A stretch of DNA of 64,000 nucleotides from an uncultured Alphaproteobacteria bacterium (GTDB lineage: Bacteria > Pseudomonadota > Alphaproteobacteria > Rs-D84). A program made the translations under genes and the position numbers. The stretch spans positions 33,040-97,039 of the forward strand of contig CALXXD010000004.1 of assembly GCA_944392595.1 (NCBI GenBank). Direction: 5' to 3'. Shown one piece after another: positions 42,387 to 51,963 of the stretch; position 1 is the first letter of the stretch; each line of letters starts with the position of its first letter. Under the pieces are notes generated by a model, which saw only the letters and a list, made by a program, of their open reading frames with translations, was not told where the DNA came from and searched no databases.

Positions 42387-43202
42387 TTAATTGCCCAAAA
42401 ACTGGACCGCCAAATTTCCAATATTTCCAATAGATCCCAAACCACCGCCACTGGTGATGCCACTTACCGCATCCATAATAGTCCCAGTATTCGTTGGTTG
42501 TCCCAAATTGGTAATCGTGTCCGTCAAAAATTCGCCCCACATTTGACGTTTGCGCGCAGACAATTTCGCATCGGAACACTTTTCAATTTTATTCGTCAAA
42601 TTTCCAAACATAGTAACTTCATTCGCCCCATATAAATCTTCGGCAGAAAAGTCAATCAAGTTGAAAACATCATAAATATTCGACACTGTAACTGTTTCAT
42701 CGCGCGAGCAACCCGACAACGATCCGTCGGAACAGTGCGTTGCGACCTTGGCCATTGGGAAACCATACCAAACCATATTTTTATCGCTGTCAGAACCGAA
42801 CCAATCATAACAAATCACGTCCTGCATATCAGTTCCCGCCGCGATACCAACACGCCTTGCATATCCACCCTCGGGCGATTCACAGCGCTCCATCCCCAAC
42901 CTGCGTTCGACCTGATCCGCGGTCATAGCGCCTGTTTTTGCCCATTCTTTTACCATATTATTGACCCAATTGATTTCTTGACTGGTTGGGATACATTCAG
43001 CAGTTAATTGCCTTTGTTGATTGGTTAATTGTTGAACCCCGCCAATAATCCCCAGCACAGTTGGAACCAAACTTGCCGTGGTGGTCGAAGTTGTCGATTC
43101 AGCCGCCGCAACCGGTGCGGCTTTGTTAATCGTAATGGCAAAGCCCGGCATCCCAGCCAAGCAAACCACTGCACAGACAAAAAGCAGTAAAAATTTTTTC
43201 AT
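42387..43202 (-). CDS. Secreted Cys-containing hypothetical protein
   Basis: Signal peptide; 271 aa ORF. Confidence 0.75.
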   Translation of the reverse strand: MKKFLLLFVCAVVCLAGMPGFAITINKAAPVAAAESTTSTTTASLVPTVLGIIGGVQQLTNQQRQLTAECIPTSQEINWVNNMVKEWAKTGAMTADQVERRLGMERCESPEGGYARRVGIAAGTDMQDVICYDWFGSDSDKNMVWYGFPMAKVATHCSDGSLSGCSRDETVTVSNIYDVFNLIDFSAEDLYGANEVTMFGNLTNKIEKCSDAKLSARKRQMWGEFLTDTITNLGQPTNTGTIMDAVSGITSGGGLGSIGNIGNLAVQFLGN

Positions 43203-43288
43203 CTCTCTTGTGACGAATTATAACACAAAAAAAAATTGGAATAAATATAAAAATTGCATTTTGCATAATGTCGCGCTAAACTGGACAC

Positions 43289-43768
43289 GTGCAAGGTGAC
43301 AAACGCAGTTTTATAATCTTTTTCAAACACAGACGCCTGAAACGCCTGTGGCAGTTTTTCTTTACAGGCTGGGGATTGGTTATGGTTGCTGCGTTAATTG
43401 CGGGTTCGTTATTCACGCGTCAATTATTATGGACGCCAATATCTGCCATAAATATGACGGACATAGTAACAAATCAATTCAAAATGTCGAACGCATCATT
43501 TGCAGGCACTGATACAAATGGCGAACCTTTTGACATCCACGCCGACAGTGGCCGCCAAGAATACAACCAACCCGACATAATATTGCTGGACAAAGTATCC
43601 GGGAACATAACCCGCGTATCAGATGGAAAAAAAATAACCGATAATATAACCGCCGACATTGGACGATATAATCGAAAAACACGAACGATTACTTTGATGG
43701 ACAACGTCCGCATAGATTCCAGCAATGGCGACAAAGTCAGAACAGATGAATTGGTGATAAAATTATGA
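43289..43768 (+). CDS. lptC: LPS export protein LptC-like
   Basis: N-terminal TM helix; M.N..F.G.D.NG.PF.I.A jelly-roll pattern; lies upstream of lptB. Confidence 0.75.
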   Translation: MQGDKRSFIIFFKHRRLKRLWQFFFTGWGLVMVAALIAGSLFTRQLLWTPISAINMTDIVTNQFKMSNASFAGTDTNGEPFDIHADSGRQEYNQPDIILLDKVSGNITRVSDGKKITDNITADIGRYNRKTRTITLMDNVRIDSSNGDKVRTDELVIKL

Positions 43769-44493
43769 AACAGTCAGTATTACGCATAGAACATTTATCA
43801 AAATCGTATGGCAAACGCATGGTTCTGCGCGACATATCCATGGTTGCGCGCCAGGGCGAATCGGTCGGGCTGTTGGGGCCGAACGGCGCGGGGAAAACAA
43901 CCGCATTTTATTGTATCACGGGCCAGTTAAACGCAACTGGCGGCCAAATATTCTTAAACTCCCAGGACATAACACACCTGCCGTTTTATCAACGGGCGCG
44001 TCTGCATATCGGATACCTGCCCCAGGAAAACAGTGTTTTTCGCGGGCTGACTGTGGAACAAAATATCATGGCCATACTCGAGGTTGTCGAACCCGACCGC
44101 AAAAAACGCAAAAAGAAACTGGACGCATTGTTGGATGAATTTTCAATCACCGCCCTGCGGCGCAGCCCTGCGACCGCATTATCAGGTGGCGAACGCAGAC
44201 GCGTTGAAATTGCGCGCGCATTGGCAAATGACCCAAAATTTATATTATTGGACGAACCGTTCGCAGGCATTGACCCAATCGCAGTAAATGAAATTCGTGA
44301 TTTGGTGTCCCAATTAAAAAATCGCGGATTGGGTGTGATTATAACCGATCACAACGTTCGTGAAACATTGGGAATTACCGACCGCAGTTATGTGCTGCAC
44401 GACGGAAAAATTTTGAAACACGGCACAACCGATGAAATTGTCCAAGATGAAATGGTAAAGAAAGTATATCTGGGCAAAGATTTCGTGATGTAA
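43765..44493 (+). CDS. lptB: LPS export ABC ATPase LptB
   Basis: GPNGAGKTT, GYLPQE, LSGGERRRVEIAR, DEPFAGIDP and ITDHNVRETL motifs. Confidence 0.97.
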   Translation: MKQSVLRIEHLSKSYGKRMVLRDISMVARQGESVGLLGPNGAGKTTAFYCITGQLNATGGQIFLNSQDITHLPFYQRARLHIGYLPQENSVFRGLTVEQNIMAILEVVEPDRKKRKKKLDALLDEFSITALRRSPATALSGGERRRVEIARALANDPKFILLDEPFAGIDPIAVNEIRDLVSQLKNRGLGVIITDHNVRETLGITDRSYVLHDGKILKHGTTDEIVQDEMVKKVYLGKDFVM

Positions 44494-44562
44494 CCACGGC
44501 AACTCACAACAGAAATGCTTATCTTGCGGGGTTTGGTCCCGCTTCAATGCGGGACACCCCAT

Positions 44563-44841
44563 TTATTCCAACGGACACGCAGACGTAAATTCATATGAAC
44601 CGGTATTGTCTGTATATGTTGTATTCGTTGGTGCATACATTATGCACGAACCGGCCGGTGATGAAATCAGACAACTGTACGCCGTACCGGCGGATGTATA
44701 TCCGACGGGGCACTTGTTATCCGCAATTTCCATATATTCTTCCACAATCGCAACGTATCCAGCGGGACACGAAGTAGACGGTGCGACCGCAGATGCGCCA
44801 ATCGGCGCAATCGACATAATTAAAATAAATATTCGTTTCAT
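44563..44841 (-). CDS. Small secreted Cys-rich protein
   Basis: Signal peptide; CPAGY/CPVGY repeats. Confidence 0.75.
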   Translation of the reverse strand: MKRIFILIMSIAPIGASAVAPSTSCPAGYVAIVEEYMEIADNKCPVGYTSAGTAYSCLISSPAGSCIMYAPTNTTYTDNTGSYEFTSACPLE

Positions 44842-44853
44842 ATTCGCCCCCGT

Positions 44854-45273
44854 TTAGTCAGATAGCCCACTAAACAGCGCCGACCGGAAAGCAGAGTTCA
44901 TCCGAGCGTTAATCGCACAGTCGTGTGCGCAAAGGCTTCTGCAATTTAAAGCATCCCCACTCATATTGTTGAACACCCACGACGAAACCGCTGGTGAAAC
45001 CATTTTGCACCAACAATATTTGTTATCGTCGGTTGCACTGGTCGTGACATTTTCGGATTTTGTGCCAGCTGAACCACCATTTTGAGATCCGCAAAATGCA
45101 ACACCCTGAATTTCTATACCGCCACAGGTTGCAGACCAATTTGACTGACCGGGAGCGCCAGAGAAACTGCTACACGTTGTTGACGGCGTTAGTTTTACGC
45201 ATTTTGTGACCGCATACGTTGGCGGGATTGTTACCGCAAAAATTATGCCGGCGATGATCAAATGTTTTTTCAT
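44854..45273 (-). CDS. Small secreted Cys-rich protein (YCWC...WVF...C...CA..CA...FR..LF family)
   Basis: AAGGAGG SD before ATG 45273; signal peptide; 9 Cys. Confidence 0.8.
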   Translation of the reverse strand: MKKHLIIAGIIFAVTIPPTYAVTKCVKLTPSTTCSSFSGAPGQSNWSATCGGIEIQGVAFCGSQNGGSAGTKSENVTTSATDDNKYCWCKMVSPAVSSWVFNNMSGDALNCRSLCAHDCAINARMNSAFRSALFSGLSD

Positions 45274-45299
45274 TCTAAACCTCCTTTTTTTCATTGCGA

Positions 45300-45403
45300 A
45301 TGAAAAAACCACCAAAAAGTTTAGGTGGTTGGAGGTTAGTAACTATGCAAGATAGTGTTGCTTATTCGATATATTCGCAACCCTCCAACCAAAAGTGGAG
45401 GCG
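45300..45403 (-). promoter_or_regulatory. Candidate attenuator/riboswitch leader
   Basis: Terminator AACCACC..GGTGGTT-TTTT (45303-45330) overlaps an antiterminator helix (45382-45390 with 45327-45335) and a competing helix (45396-45401). Confidence 0.6.
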
Positions 45404-45560
45404 ATATTTTATGTCATCTCTGACACTTGCACGGGTTACTACACCCCATTGATGAAATACTCATCAACGTTTTTTATGTTACCACAGGCGTCAATTAAAT
45501 CAACAGCAAAGTTTTACACTTTGGGCTTTCTAAATAAAAAAACCGGGATTTACCCGGTTT

Positions 45561-46151
45561 TTATTCTTCTTCGTCTTCATCATCATTGTCGTCATCAATA
45601 TCAACGGCATTCAGATCGATTTCCTTTGGAACGCCCAAAATATCTTCTATCTTTTCAGACGCCGCGTCCAAATCAATTTTGTGCAGAACGGCAAATTCCT
45701 GGGCCATGCGTTCCAACGCCCGCAAATACAACTGGCGCGCAGAAAACGTCATCGTATCTGTCGGAGTGCGCCGTTGCAGATCGCGTACAACCTCGGCCAG
45801 TTTCATGGGATCGCCCGAATTAATATTTTCCTCGTACTGGGCGGCGCGGCGTGCCCAAATCATACGTTTTGCGCCAGCCTTGCCCTTGGCTGCGGCAATA
45901 GCCTCGTCCATTTTTTTCGCAGACGTCAGCGGCCGCAGGCCCGAAATCTCGGCCCGTTCAACCGGTACGCGCAGCGTCATGTGATTACGTTCAAAATCAA
46001 TAACCAGCATTTTAATTTTCTGTCCGGCGACAACTTGTTCTTCGACCCGAACCAATTTTCCAACGCCCTGGGTTGGATAAACAACATACTGGCCTGTTTT
46101 AAAATCTAATTTTTTACTTGGCATAATACGGATACCTTTTACAGTTGCCAT
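45561..46151 (-). CDS. carD: CarD family transcriptional regulator
   Basis: F..G.YVVYP..GVG, LRVPV, GLRPL and W.RR...Y...INSGD...LAEVVRDL motifs. Confidence 0.93.
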   Translation of the reverse strand: MATVKGIRIMPSKKLDFKTGQYVVYPTQGVGKLVRVEEQVVAGQKIKMLVIDFERNHMTLRVPVERAEISGLRPLTSAKKMDEAIAAAKGKAGAKRMIWARRAAQYEENINSGDPMKLAEVVRDLQRRTPTDTMTFSARQLYLRALERMAQEFAVLHKIDLDAASEKIEDILGVPKEIDLNAVDIDDDNDDEDEEE

Positions 46152-46261
46152 TCTCTCGGTTCCACGTATTATATCACAAAAAACGCAAAAAACAAATAAT
46201 ACAGTAAAAAAAGAACCGTTCCGCCCCAAAAGTGGCGGAACGAAGTTCCAACACATCAAAA

Positions 46262-46819
46262 CTATCTTATCGGTCGGCGCAATGAACCAGACGTTCTGCG
46301 AACACTGGATTCACGACTGCCCGACGTAGTTTCGGCGGCAACCGCGCAAATCCATTGCCCACCCTGCAAAATAGCGGTTTGACCATCGGGGCATTCTGGT
46401 TCTTCTATGTTCCAAGAAAAACAACTGCCGCGTTGATACGAACGATACGTTGCATTATCGTCACCGCCATACGTGTATGCGCCATATTCAGGATTCCAAT
46501 ATCCAGTCGGCTGGCCACTGCACCATTTGCGATCGCCAAAACATTCAACGCAATTACCATTCGCGTCACACAATTCCATCGGATAAGCCGTTGATACATA
46601 ACCATTATTCGCACGATCGCCCTTGCCCATGGCTTTACCCGTTTCCAAATCGCGACACCACAGTTTTTGACATTCTGCGGCGGTTATGCCGTCTATATCT
46701 TTGTGCTCGACCAGAATATAGCCCGGCCCACACGACGTAAATTTATCCGCCCGCGCCCCAGGCACAGCCACAATCACAGTGCAAACCATAACAAACAAAG
46801 AAAATAAAATATTTTTCAT
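46262..46819 (-). CDS. Secreted Cys-rich hypothetical protein
   Basis: Signal peptide ending ARA; multiple Cys. Confidence 0.75.
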   Translation of the reverse strand: MKNILFSLFVMVCTVIVAVPGARADKFTSCGPGYILVEHKDIDGITAAECQKLWCRDLETGKAMGKGDRANNGYVSTAYPMELCDANGNCVECFGDRKWCSGQPTGYWNPEYGAYTYGGDDNATYRSYQRGSCFSWNIEEPECPDGQTAILQGGQWICAVAAETTSGSRESSVRRTSGSLRRPIR

Positions 46820-46878
46820 GCTCTCTTCTCTTTACTGTTATATTTTACACATTTTGTCACGTTTTTGCAAACCACTTT

Positions 46879-47307
46879 TTACTGACCCAACCCAGCCGGC
46901 GAAAAACGTCCGACATTATTAAACAATTCCTGGATTGCGTTCAGTTCAATTGCGGCCGGAATTTCAGTTTCATCTTCGGAAATAATCACATCAGGCAAAT
47001 CATCATCGTGCAGCACCCTAATATCCGTCACGCGCGTTCCATCAACCCACGCCAATAACACGGTTTGATTATCATATTTCAACGGCAACGGCCCGCGATA
47101 ATTTTCATCCGCGCCGTAATAAATCCAAACAGTATCGCCGTATATAGTTTTCACCTGGGGCGAACCGATTTCGTCCGTTAATTGTTTTGTTGTTTTTATA
47201 TCCGCAACAACCGTATCCAAATCAGGCGGAAAAACGTACCCACGATGTTTGGTCTGAAAAGTACAGCCCGCCAAAACCACCGCAAAAATGATAAATATTT
47301 TTTTCAT
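46879..47307 (-). CDS. bamE: Outer-membrane assembly lipoprotein BamE (SmpA/OmlA)
   Basis: Lipobox LAGC; RGY, IGSP and WIYY pattern. Confidence 0.8.
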   Translation of the reverse strand: MKKIFIIFAVVLAGCTFQTKHRGYVFPPDLDTVVADIKTTKQLTDEIGSPQVKTIYGDTVWIYYGADENYRGPLPLKYDNQTVLLAWVDGTRVTDIRVLHDDDLPDVIISEDETEIPAAIELNAIQELFNNVGRFSPAGLGQ

Positions 47308-47396
47308 ACCCCAAATGTACATCAAACCCAGCCCCACGCGCAACAAAAAATTATTCCGTCCCCAAGCAACAAAAAAACGGGGCAGTGCCCCGTTTT

Positions 47397-50300
47397 TTAT
47401 CCCTCGCCGTTTTCTTTGACCTCGGGCGAATTCATCATCGCAAAGTGCGCGATATATTTTTTCAATTCGCTGCGATAATGGTTGTTTTCCTTGGCTTCGG
47501 CCACCAACCGGTCAAAGTGCGGATTGGCCGCACGTGCCGCCGCAAAACGACTTTCTGTTTTCAAGAAATCTTCCAACGGCGTCGTTTCATCGACATTCGA
47601 ATCCATCGTCAGCGGACTGTGCCCATCCAAAATCAACGACGGGTCAAACCGATACAGCGGCCATGCGCCCGTGCTGACCTGTTGCGATTGGTGTTCTGGG
47701 CCATTTTGCAATGGGAAACCATGCGCGATACACGGCGCATACGCCAATATTATTGACGCTCCTGGGAATGCGGCCGCCTCGCGGAATGCGCGTATTGCCT
47801 GGGCTTGATTGGCACCCAATGCGATTTGCGCGACATACGCGCCCGACATCATGGCAATCATACCCAAATCTTTTTTGGCGTGCTCTTTCCCGCCAATGGC
47901 AAATTTCATACTTGCGCCGAACGGCGTAGCCTTGGATTGTTGGCCACCAGTGTTGGAATAACCTTCGGTATCCAAAACCAAGATATTAACATTTTCGCCA
48001 CTGTGCAAAACATGGTCCAAACCGCCGTATCCAATATCGTACGCCCAACCGTCGCCACCGATAATCCACACATATTTATCGACGATTTCACCGATTAAAC
48101 TGCGCGCCATGGCCGCCCGTGGCGAATCGATTTTTTCCAATTTCGCGCGTAATTCAGTTTCGATTTCACGCTGTTTGTCTGGGTCGCGTTCCGCAAAGAT
48201 TTCTTCGACGTTTGGAATATTTAACTCAAACAATAAACCTTTTAACGTATCGCGTTTTTGATTCAGCGCGATTCGCATACCCAAACCGTATTCAGCATTA
48301 TCTTCGAATAATGAATTCGACCACGCAGGCCCACGCCCATTCGCATCCGCCGTCCAAGGCGTAGTCGGCAAATTCCCACCATATATCGACGAACATCCCG
48401 TCGCATTTGCCACTATCATACGATCGCCAAACAAATGGGACATCATTTTAATATATGGTGTTTCGCCACACCCCGCGCAAGCACCCGGGAATTCGAAATA
48501 ATGCGGCAACAATTCAACATGCTTTGGAATATTCAGATTTAATTTTTCCCGCGGCATATCTGGGATTTTTTGCGCCGCATCGAATCGTTTTTGCTGGTCA
48601 CCGGAATCACGCAGCGCCATCATAGACAATGCCTGGACCGGACAATTTTTCACGCAAACATTGCACCCCGTACAATCCGCTGGCGAAATATTTAACGTAT
48701 AATACATGTTTTCGCCCAATTCAGGCGTTTTCATCGGCACAACAATTACGCCATCTGCGCGCGCACGTTCGGCCTCGTCCGCGGTCATAGCCTTGATACG
48801 AATCGCCGCATGCGGACACAGCATCGAACATTTACCGCACTGGATACATTTTTCCAAATCAACGGTTGCAACCCGGTCGGAAATCGCGCGCTTTTCGTAT
48901 TTTGCGGTACCAACGGGATATTGCCCTGCCCCGAATTCACCATCAACACGGAAACGCGACACAGGAATTTCATCCCCACGTTGCGCCGCCATTTCGCCCA
49001 ACGTTCCAGCAATTTCGGCCGGTGCAGCACTTGTCATCGCCGGCACAAAATCAGGCGCAAAATTGGATACAGACGATGGCAATTTGTACTCGTGCAGATA
49101 ATCCGCCGCCTTATCAACCGCGGCCCAGTTCGCCTGGACAACATCCATACCCTTTTTCTTGTATGTTTTTTCAATTGCAACCTTGGCACTGGTTGCGGCA
49201 ACAGCCGGGTCAATAACATGCGTTAAATTAAAGAAGTTCAACATAATAAACGTGTTGATACGATTTCCCAACCCCAGTTCGGCCGCGGCTGAATTCGCAT
49301 CCAGGAAAAACACACGCGCACGAATTCGCATCAAATGTTCCTGGGTTTCACGTGGCAAATTCGCAAACGCGACATCGGGCGCCATGGATGTGTTAATCAT
49401 CACAGTCCCGCCCGCGCGCAGCCCGCGGAATATATCAAAACGTTGTGCAATCATAAAATTCGAAACACTGATAAAATCAGCAACTTCGATTAAATATTGA
49501 CTTTGAATTGGTTTATCCGAAAAACGTATATGCGACGCGGTCAGTCCGCCCGACTTTTTCGAATCATACACAGCATACGATTGCGGATATAAATCAGAAT
49601 TTTCCCCAACGATTTTAACGATGTTTTTAACCGCGCCAACCGTACCATCCGAACCAATACCGTACAGTATTGCCGTCTTGAAATTGTCATCCTGGACGGA
49701 AAACGCAGGATCTGTTTTCAACGACAAACCGGTCAAATCATCTTCGATACCGACTGTAAAATTATGATGCAAAGTTTCGCGCATCAGATTTTCAAACACA
49801 GCCTTGACATCGCGCGGCTTGAATTCTTTTGATCCCAAACCATAACGCCCACCGAATACAGCGGCCTTGTCCCCAACAACCGTTTTAACATCTTGATACA
49901 GCGGTTCGCCCAAAGAACCCGGTTCTTTACATCTGTCCAAAACGGCAATACGTTTAACAGACTTTGGCAAAGCCGCCAAAAACGCATCACGTGGGAATGG
50001 ACGGAACAAATGCACTTTTAACAATCCCAATCCGGCCGGCAAATGCGCCATAGTTTCTTCGATTGTTTCGCATGCACTGCCCATTGCGACGATAACATTT
50101 TCAGCATTCGGATCACCAACATAATCGACCAAGTTATATTTGCGCCCCGTCAGTTTTGCAAACTTATCCATACATTCTTGAACAATTTCTGGTGTTTTCG
50201 CATACAGCGGGTTTGCGGCCTCGCGTCCTTGGAAAAACACATCGGGATTTTGTGCAGTTCCACGAATCGTCGGATGATCAGGCGTCATCCCGCGCGCACG

Positions 50301-50903
50301 ATTTGCCAAAATTAAATCATCAGGCAACATTTCGCGCAACACATCGTCTTCTATACGCGTCAGTCGTGATTCTTCGTGACTGGTGCGGAACCCATCAAAG
50401 AAATGTAAAAACGGCACACGCGCGCGCAGCGTTGCGGCATGCGCAATTGCCGCCAAATCATGCGCCTGTTGCACATTATGACTGGACAACAAGGCAAAAC
50501 CAGTTTGCCGCACAGACATAACATCGCTGTGATCACCAAATATAGACAACGCATGCGTTGCCAAAGCGCGCGCCGCAACATGCATCACGAACGGCGTTTG
50601 TTCGCCTGCGATTTTGTACATATTCGGAATCATTAACAACAATCCTTGGGACGCCGTAAAAGTCGTCGCCAAAGATCCCATTTGCAACGCACCGTGCATC
50701 GCACCTGCGGCCCCGCCCTCGGATTGCATTTCAATTATTTGCGGAATCGCGCCCCAGATATTTTTTTTATGCTGGAACGACCATTCGTCCGCCAATTCGC
50801 CCATAGTACTGCTGGGGGTGATTGGATAAATTGCCGCGAAATCAACGCATCTGTACGCGACATCAGCCGCCGCCCAGTTTCCATCAACAATTAAATTTGC
50901 CAT
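47397..50903 (-). CDS. nifJ: Pyruvate:ferredoxin (flavodoxin) oxidoreductase
   Basis: IYPITPSS, GSDGTVGA, two 4Fe-4S motifs, GACAGCGE and GGDGWAYDIG. Confidence 0.98.
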   Translation of the reverse strand: MANLIVDGNWAAADVAYRCVDFAAIYPITPSSTMGELADEWSFQHKKNIWGAIPQIIEMQSEGGAAGAMHGALQMGSLATTFTASQGLLLMIPNMYKIAGEQTPFVMHVAARALATHALSIFGDHSDVMSVRQTGFALLSSHNVQQAHDLAAIAHAATLRARVPFLHFFDGFRTSHEESRLTRIEDDVLREMLPDDLILANRARGMTPDHPTIRGTAQNPDVFFQGREAANPLYAKTPEIVQECMDKFAKLTGRKYNLVDYVGDPNAENVIVAMGSACETIEETMAHLPAGLGLLKVHLFRPFPRDAFLAALPKSVKRIAVLDRCKEPGSLGEPLYQDVKTVVGDKAAVFGGRYGLGSKEFKPRDVKAVFENLMRETLHHNFTVGIEDDLTGLSLKTDPAFSVQDDNFKTAILYGIGSDGTVGAVKNIVKIVGENSDLYPQSYAVYDSKKSGGLTASHIRFSDKPIQSQYLIEVADFISVSNFMIAQRFDIFRGLRAGGTVMINTSMAPDVAFANLPRETQEHLMRIRARVFFLDANSAAAELGLGNRINTFIMLNFFNLTHVIDPAVAATSAKVAIEKTYKKKGMDVVQANWAAVDKAADYLHEYKLPSSVSNFAPDFVPAMTSAAPAEIAGTLGEMAAQRGDEIPVSRFRVDGEFGAGQYPVGTAKYEKRAISDRVATVDLEKCIQCGKCSMLCPHAAIRIKAMTADEAERARADGVIVVPMKTPELGENMYYTLNISPADCTGCNVCVKNCPVQALSMMALRDSGDQQKRFDAAQKIPDMPREKLNLNIPKHVELLPHYFEFPGACAGCGETPYIKMMSHLFGDRMIVANATGCSSIYGGNLPTTPWTADANGRGPAWSNSLFEDNAEYGLGMRIALNQKRDTLKGLLFELNIPNVEEIFAERDPDKQREIETELRAKLEKIDSPRAAMARSLIGEIVDKYVWIIGGDGWAYDIGYGGLDHVLHSGENVNILVLDTEGYSNTGGQQSKATPFGASMKFAIGGKEHAKKDLGMIAMMSGAYVAQIALGANQAQAIRAFREAAAFPGASIILAYAPCIAHGFPLQNGPEHQSQQVSTGAWPLYRFDPSLILDGHSPLTMDSNVDETTPLEDFLKTESRFAAARAANPHFDRLVAEAKENNHYRSELKKYIAHFAMMNSPEVKENGEG

Positions 50904-51046
50904 TTTTTATTCCTGTTCCCTTTTATAAAAATTCGTACAGGCCATATCATACCCCCATTTTATCCCCAAGGCAAGACTTATAAAACACATTGACAAACCG
51001 TTATTTTTGTACCATAATCACAAAAAATATAACCAGGAGTTTTAAT

Positions 51047-51763
51047 ATGCAACAACCTGAATCCAAAAGACCACAAAGACGTGCATTGCCTGAAATATTG
51101 AACCGCAGCGGCCAGAAAAACTACATTTCTGGTAACAAAGTTTTTATTTTGGGTCAGATTGATAACACATCATGCAACGAACTGATTGGTAATTTAAGCA
51201 ATCTGGTGGATTCACTTGATTGGGTTCCATTATATGAATTGAATCTGGCGAAACTGCAAAGTCCATACTTATTCTTCCCCGACCCAAGTGATTGCCCTGT
51301 GATTGACATATATTTGGATTCGCCGGGTGGTTCTATGTCAACAACCAAAAGCATAATGACATTATTGAACTTGGCGCGAAACAAAGGCGCAATTATCCGC
51401 ACAATGGTTATGGGTACGGCCGCATCCTGCGCCAGCATAATCGCAGTCCAGGGCACACCCGGATTTCGTACGATGTATGAACAATCGTATAATTTGATTC
51501 ATTATGGTTACTCGGTATATGACGTGGACAAGCCCACAGAAATAGACAAAGCAGCAAAGTATGAAAAAGAAATGCGTAAAAATTTCTTTGCACCGTATTT
51601 GCAATATACACAATTGACCCAAAACGAATTGGATGAATTGCAAAAAACAGAATACAGCATGTTATCTGCGCGCGAATGTTTGCGCCACGGAATGTGCGAT
51701 TGGATTTTGATGCCTGATGGTAAATTCGTAAAACGCAGAATCACAAAACAAAAAACACGATAA
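51047..51763 (+). CDS. Divergent ClpP-family (S14) protease
   Basis: IYLDSPGG, GTAASCAS (Ser), LIH (His) and LSARECLRHGMCD; AGGAG SD before ATG 51047. Confidence 0.82.
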   Translation: MQQPESKRPQRRALPEILNRSGQKNYISGNKVFILGQIDNTSCNELIGNLSNLVDSLDWVPLYELNLAKLQSPYLFFPDPSDCPVIDIYLDSPGGSMSTTKSIMTLLNLARNKGAIIRTMVMGTAASCASIIAVQGTPGFRTMYEQSYNLIHYGYSVYDVDKPTEIDKAAKYEKEMRKNFFAPYLQYTQLTQNELDELQKTEYSMLSARECLRHGMCDWILMPDGKFVKRRITKQKTR

Positions 51764-51815
51764 ACAACGGGGCATACGCCCCGTTGTTTGTTACTCCGCG
51801 CCCTTGTCATTCCCG

Positions 51816-51941
51816 CGCCCGGGGTCCCCGCAAACAAAGTTTGCGTGGGTGGAATCCGGGCGGGGGGTGTCGTGCAAAGCACGACGGGGGGTGGGGTTTA
51901 TCACCCGAAGCCTTGGCGAAGGATGAGAACACGAGTAACTA
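51816..51941. repeat. Palindromic repeat family B, copy 3
   Basis: Matches 39613-39735 with compensatory stem changes; lies between two terminator hairpins. Confidence 0.88.
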
Positions 51942-51963
51942 AAACGCCCCATCGGGGCGTTTT

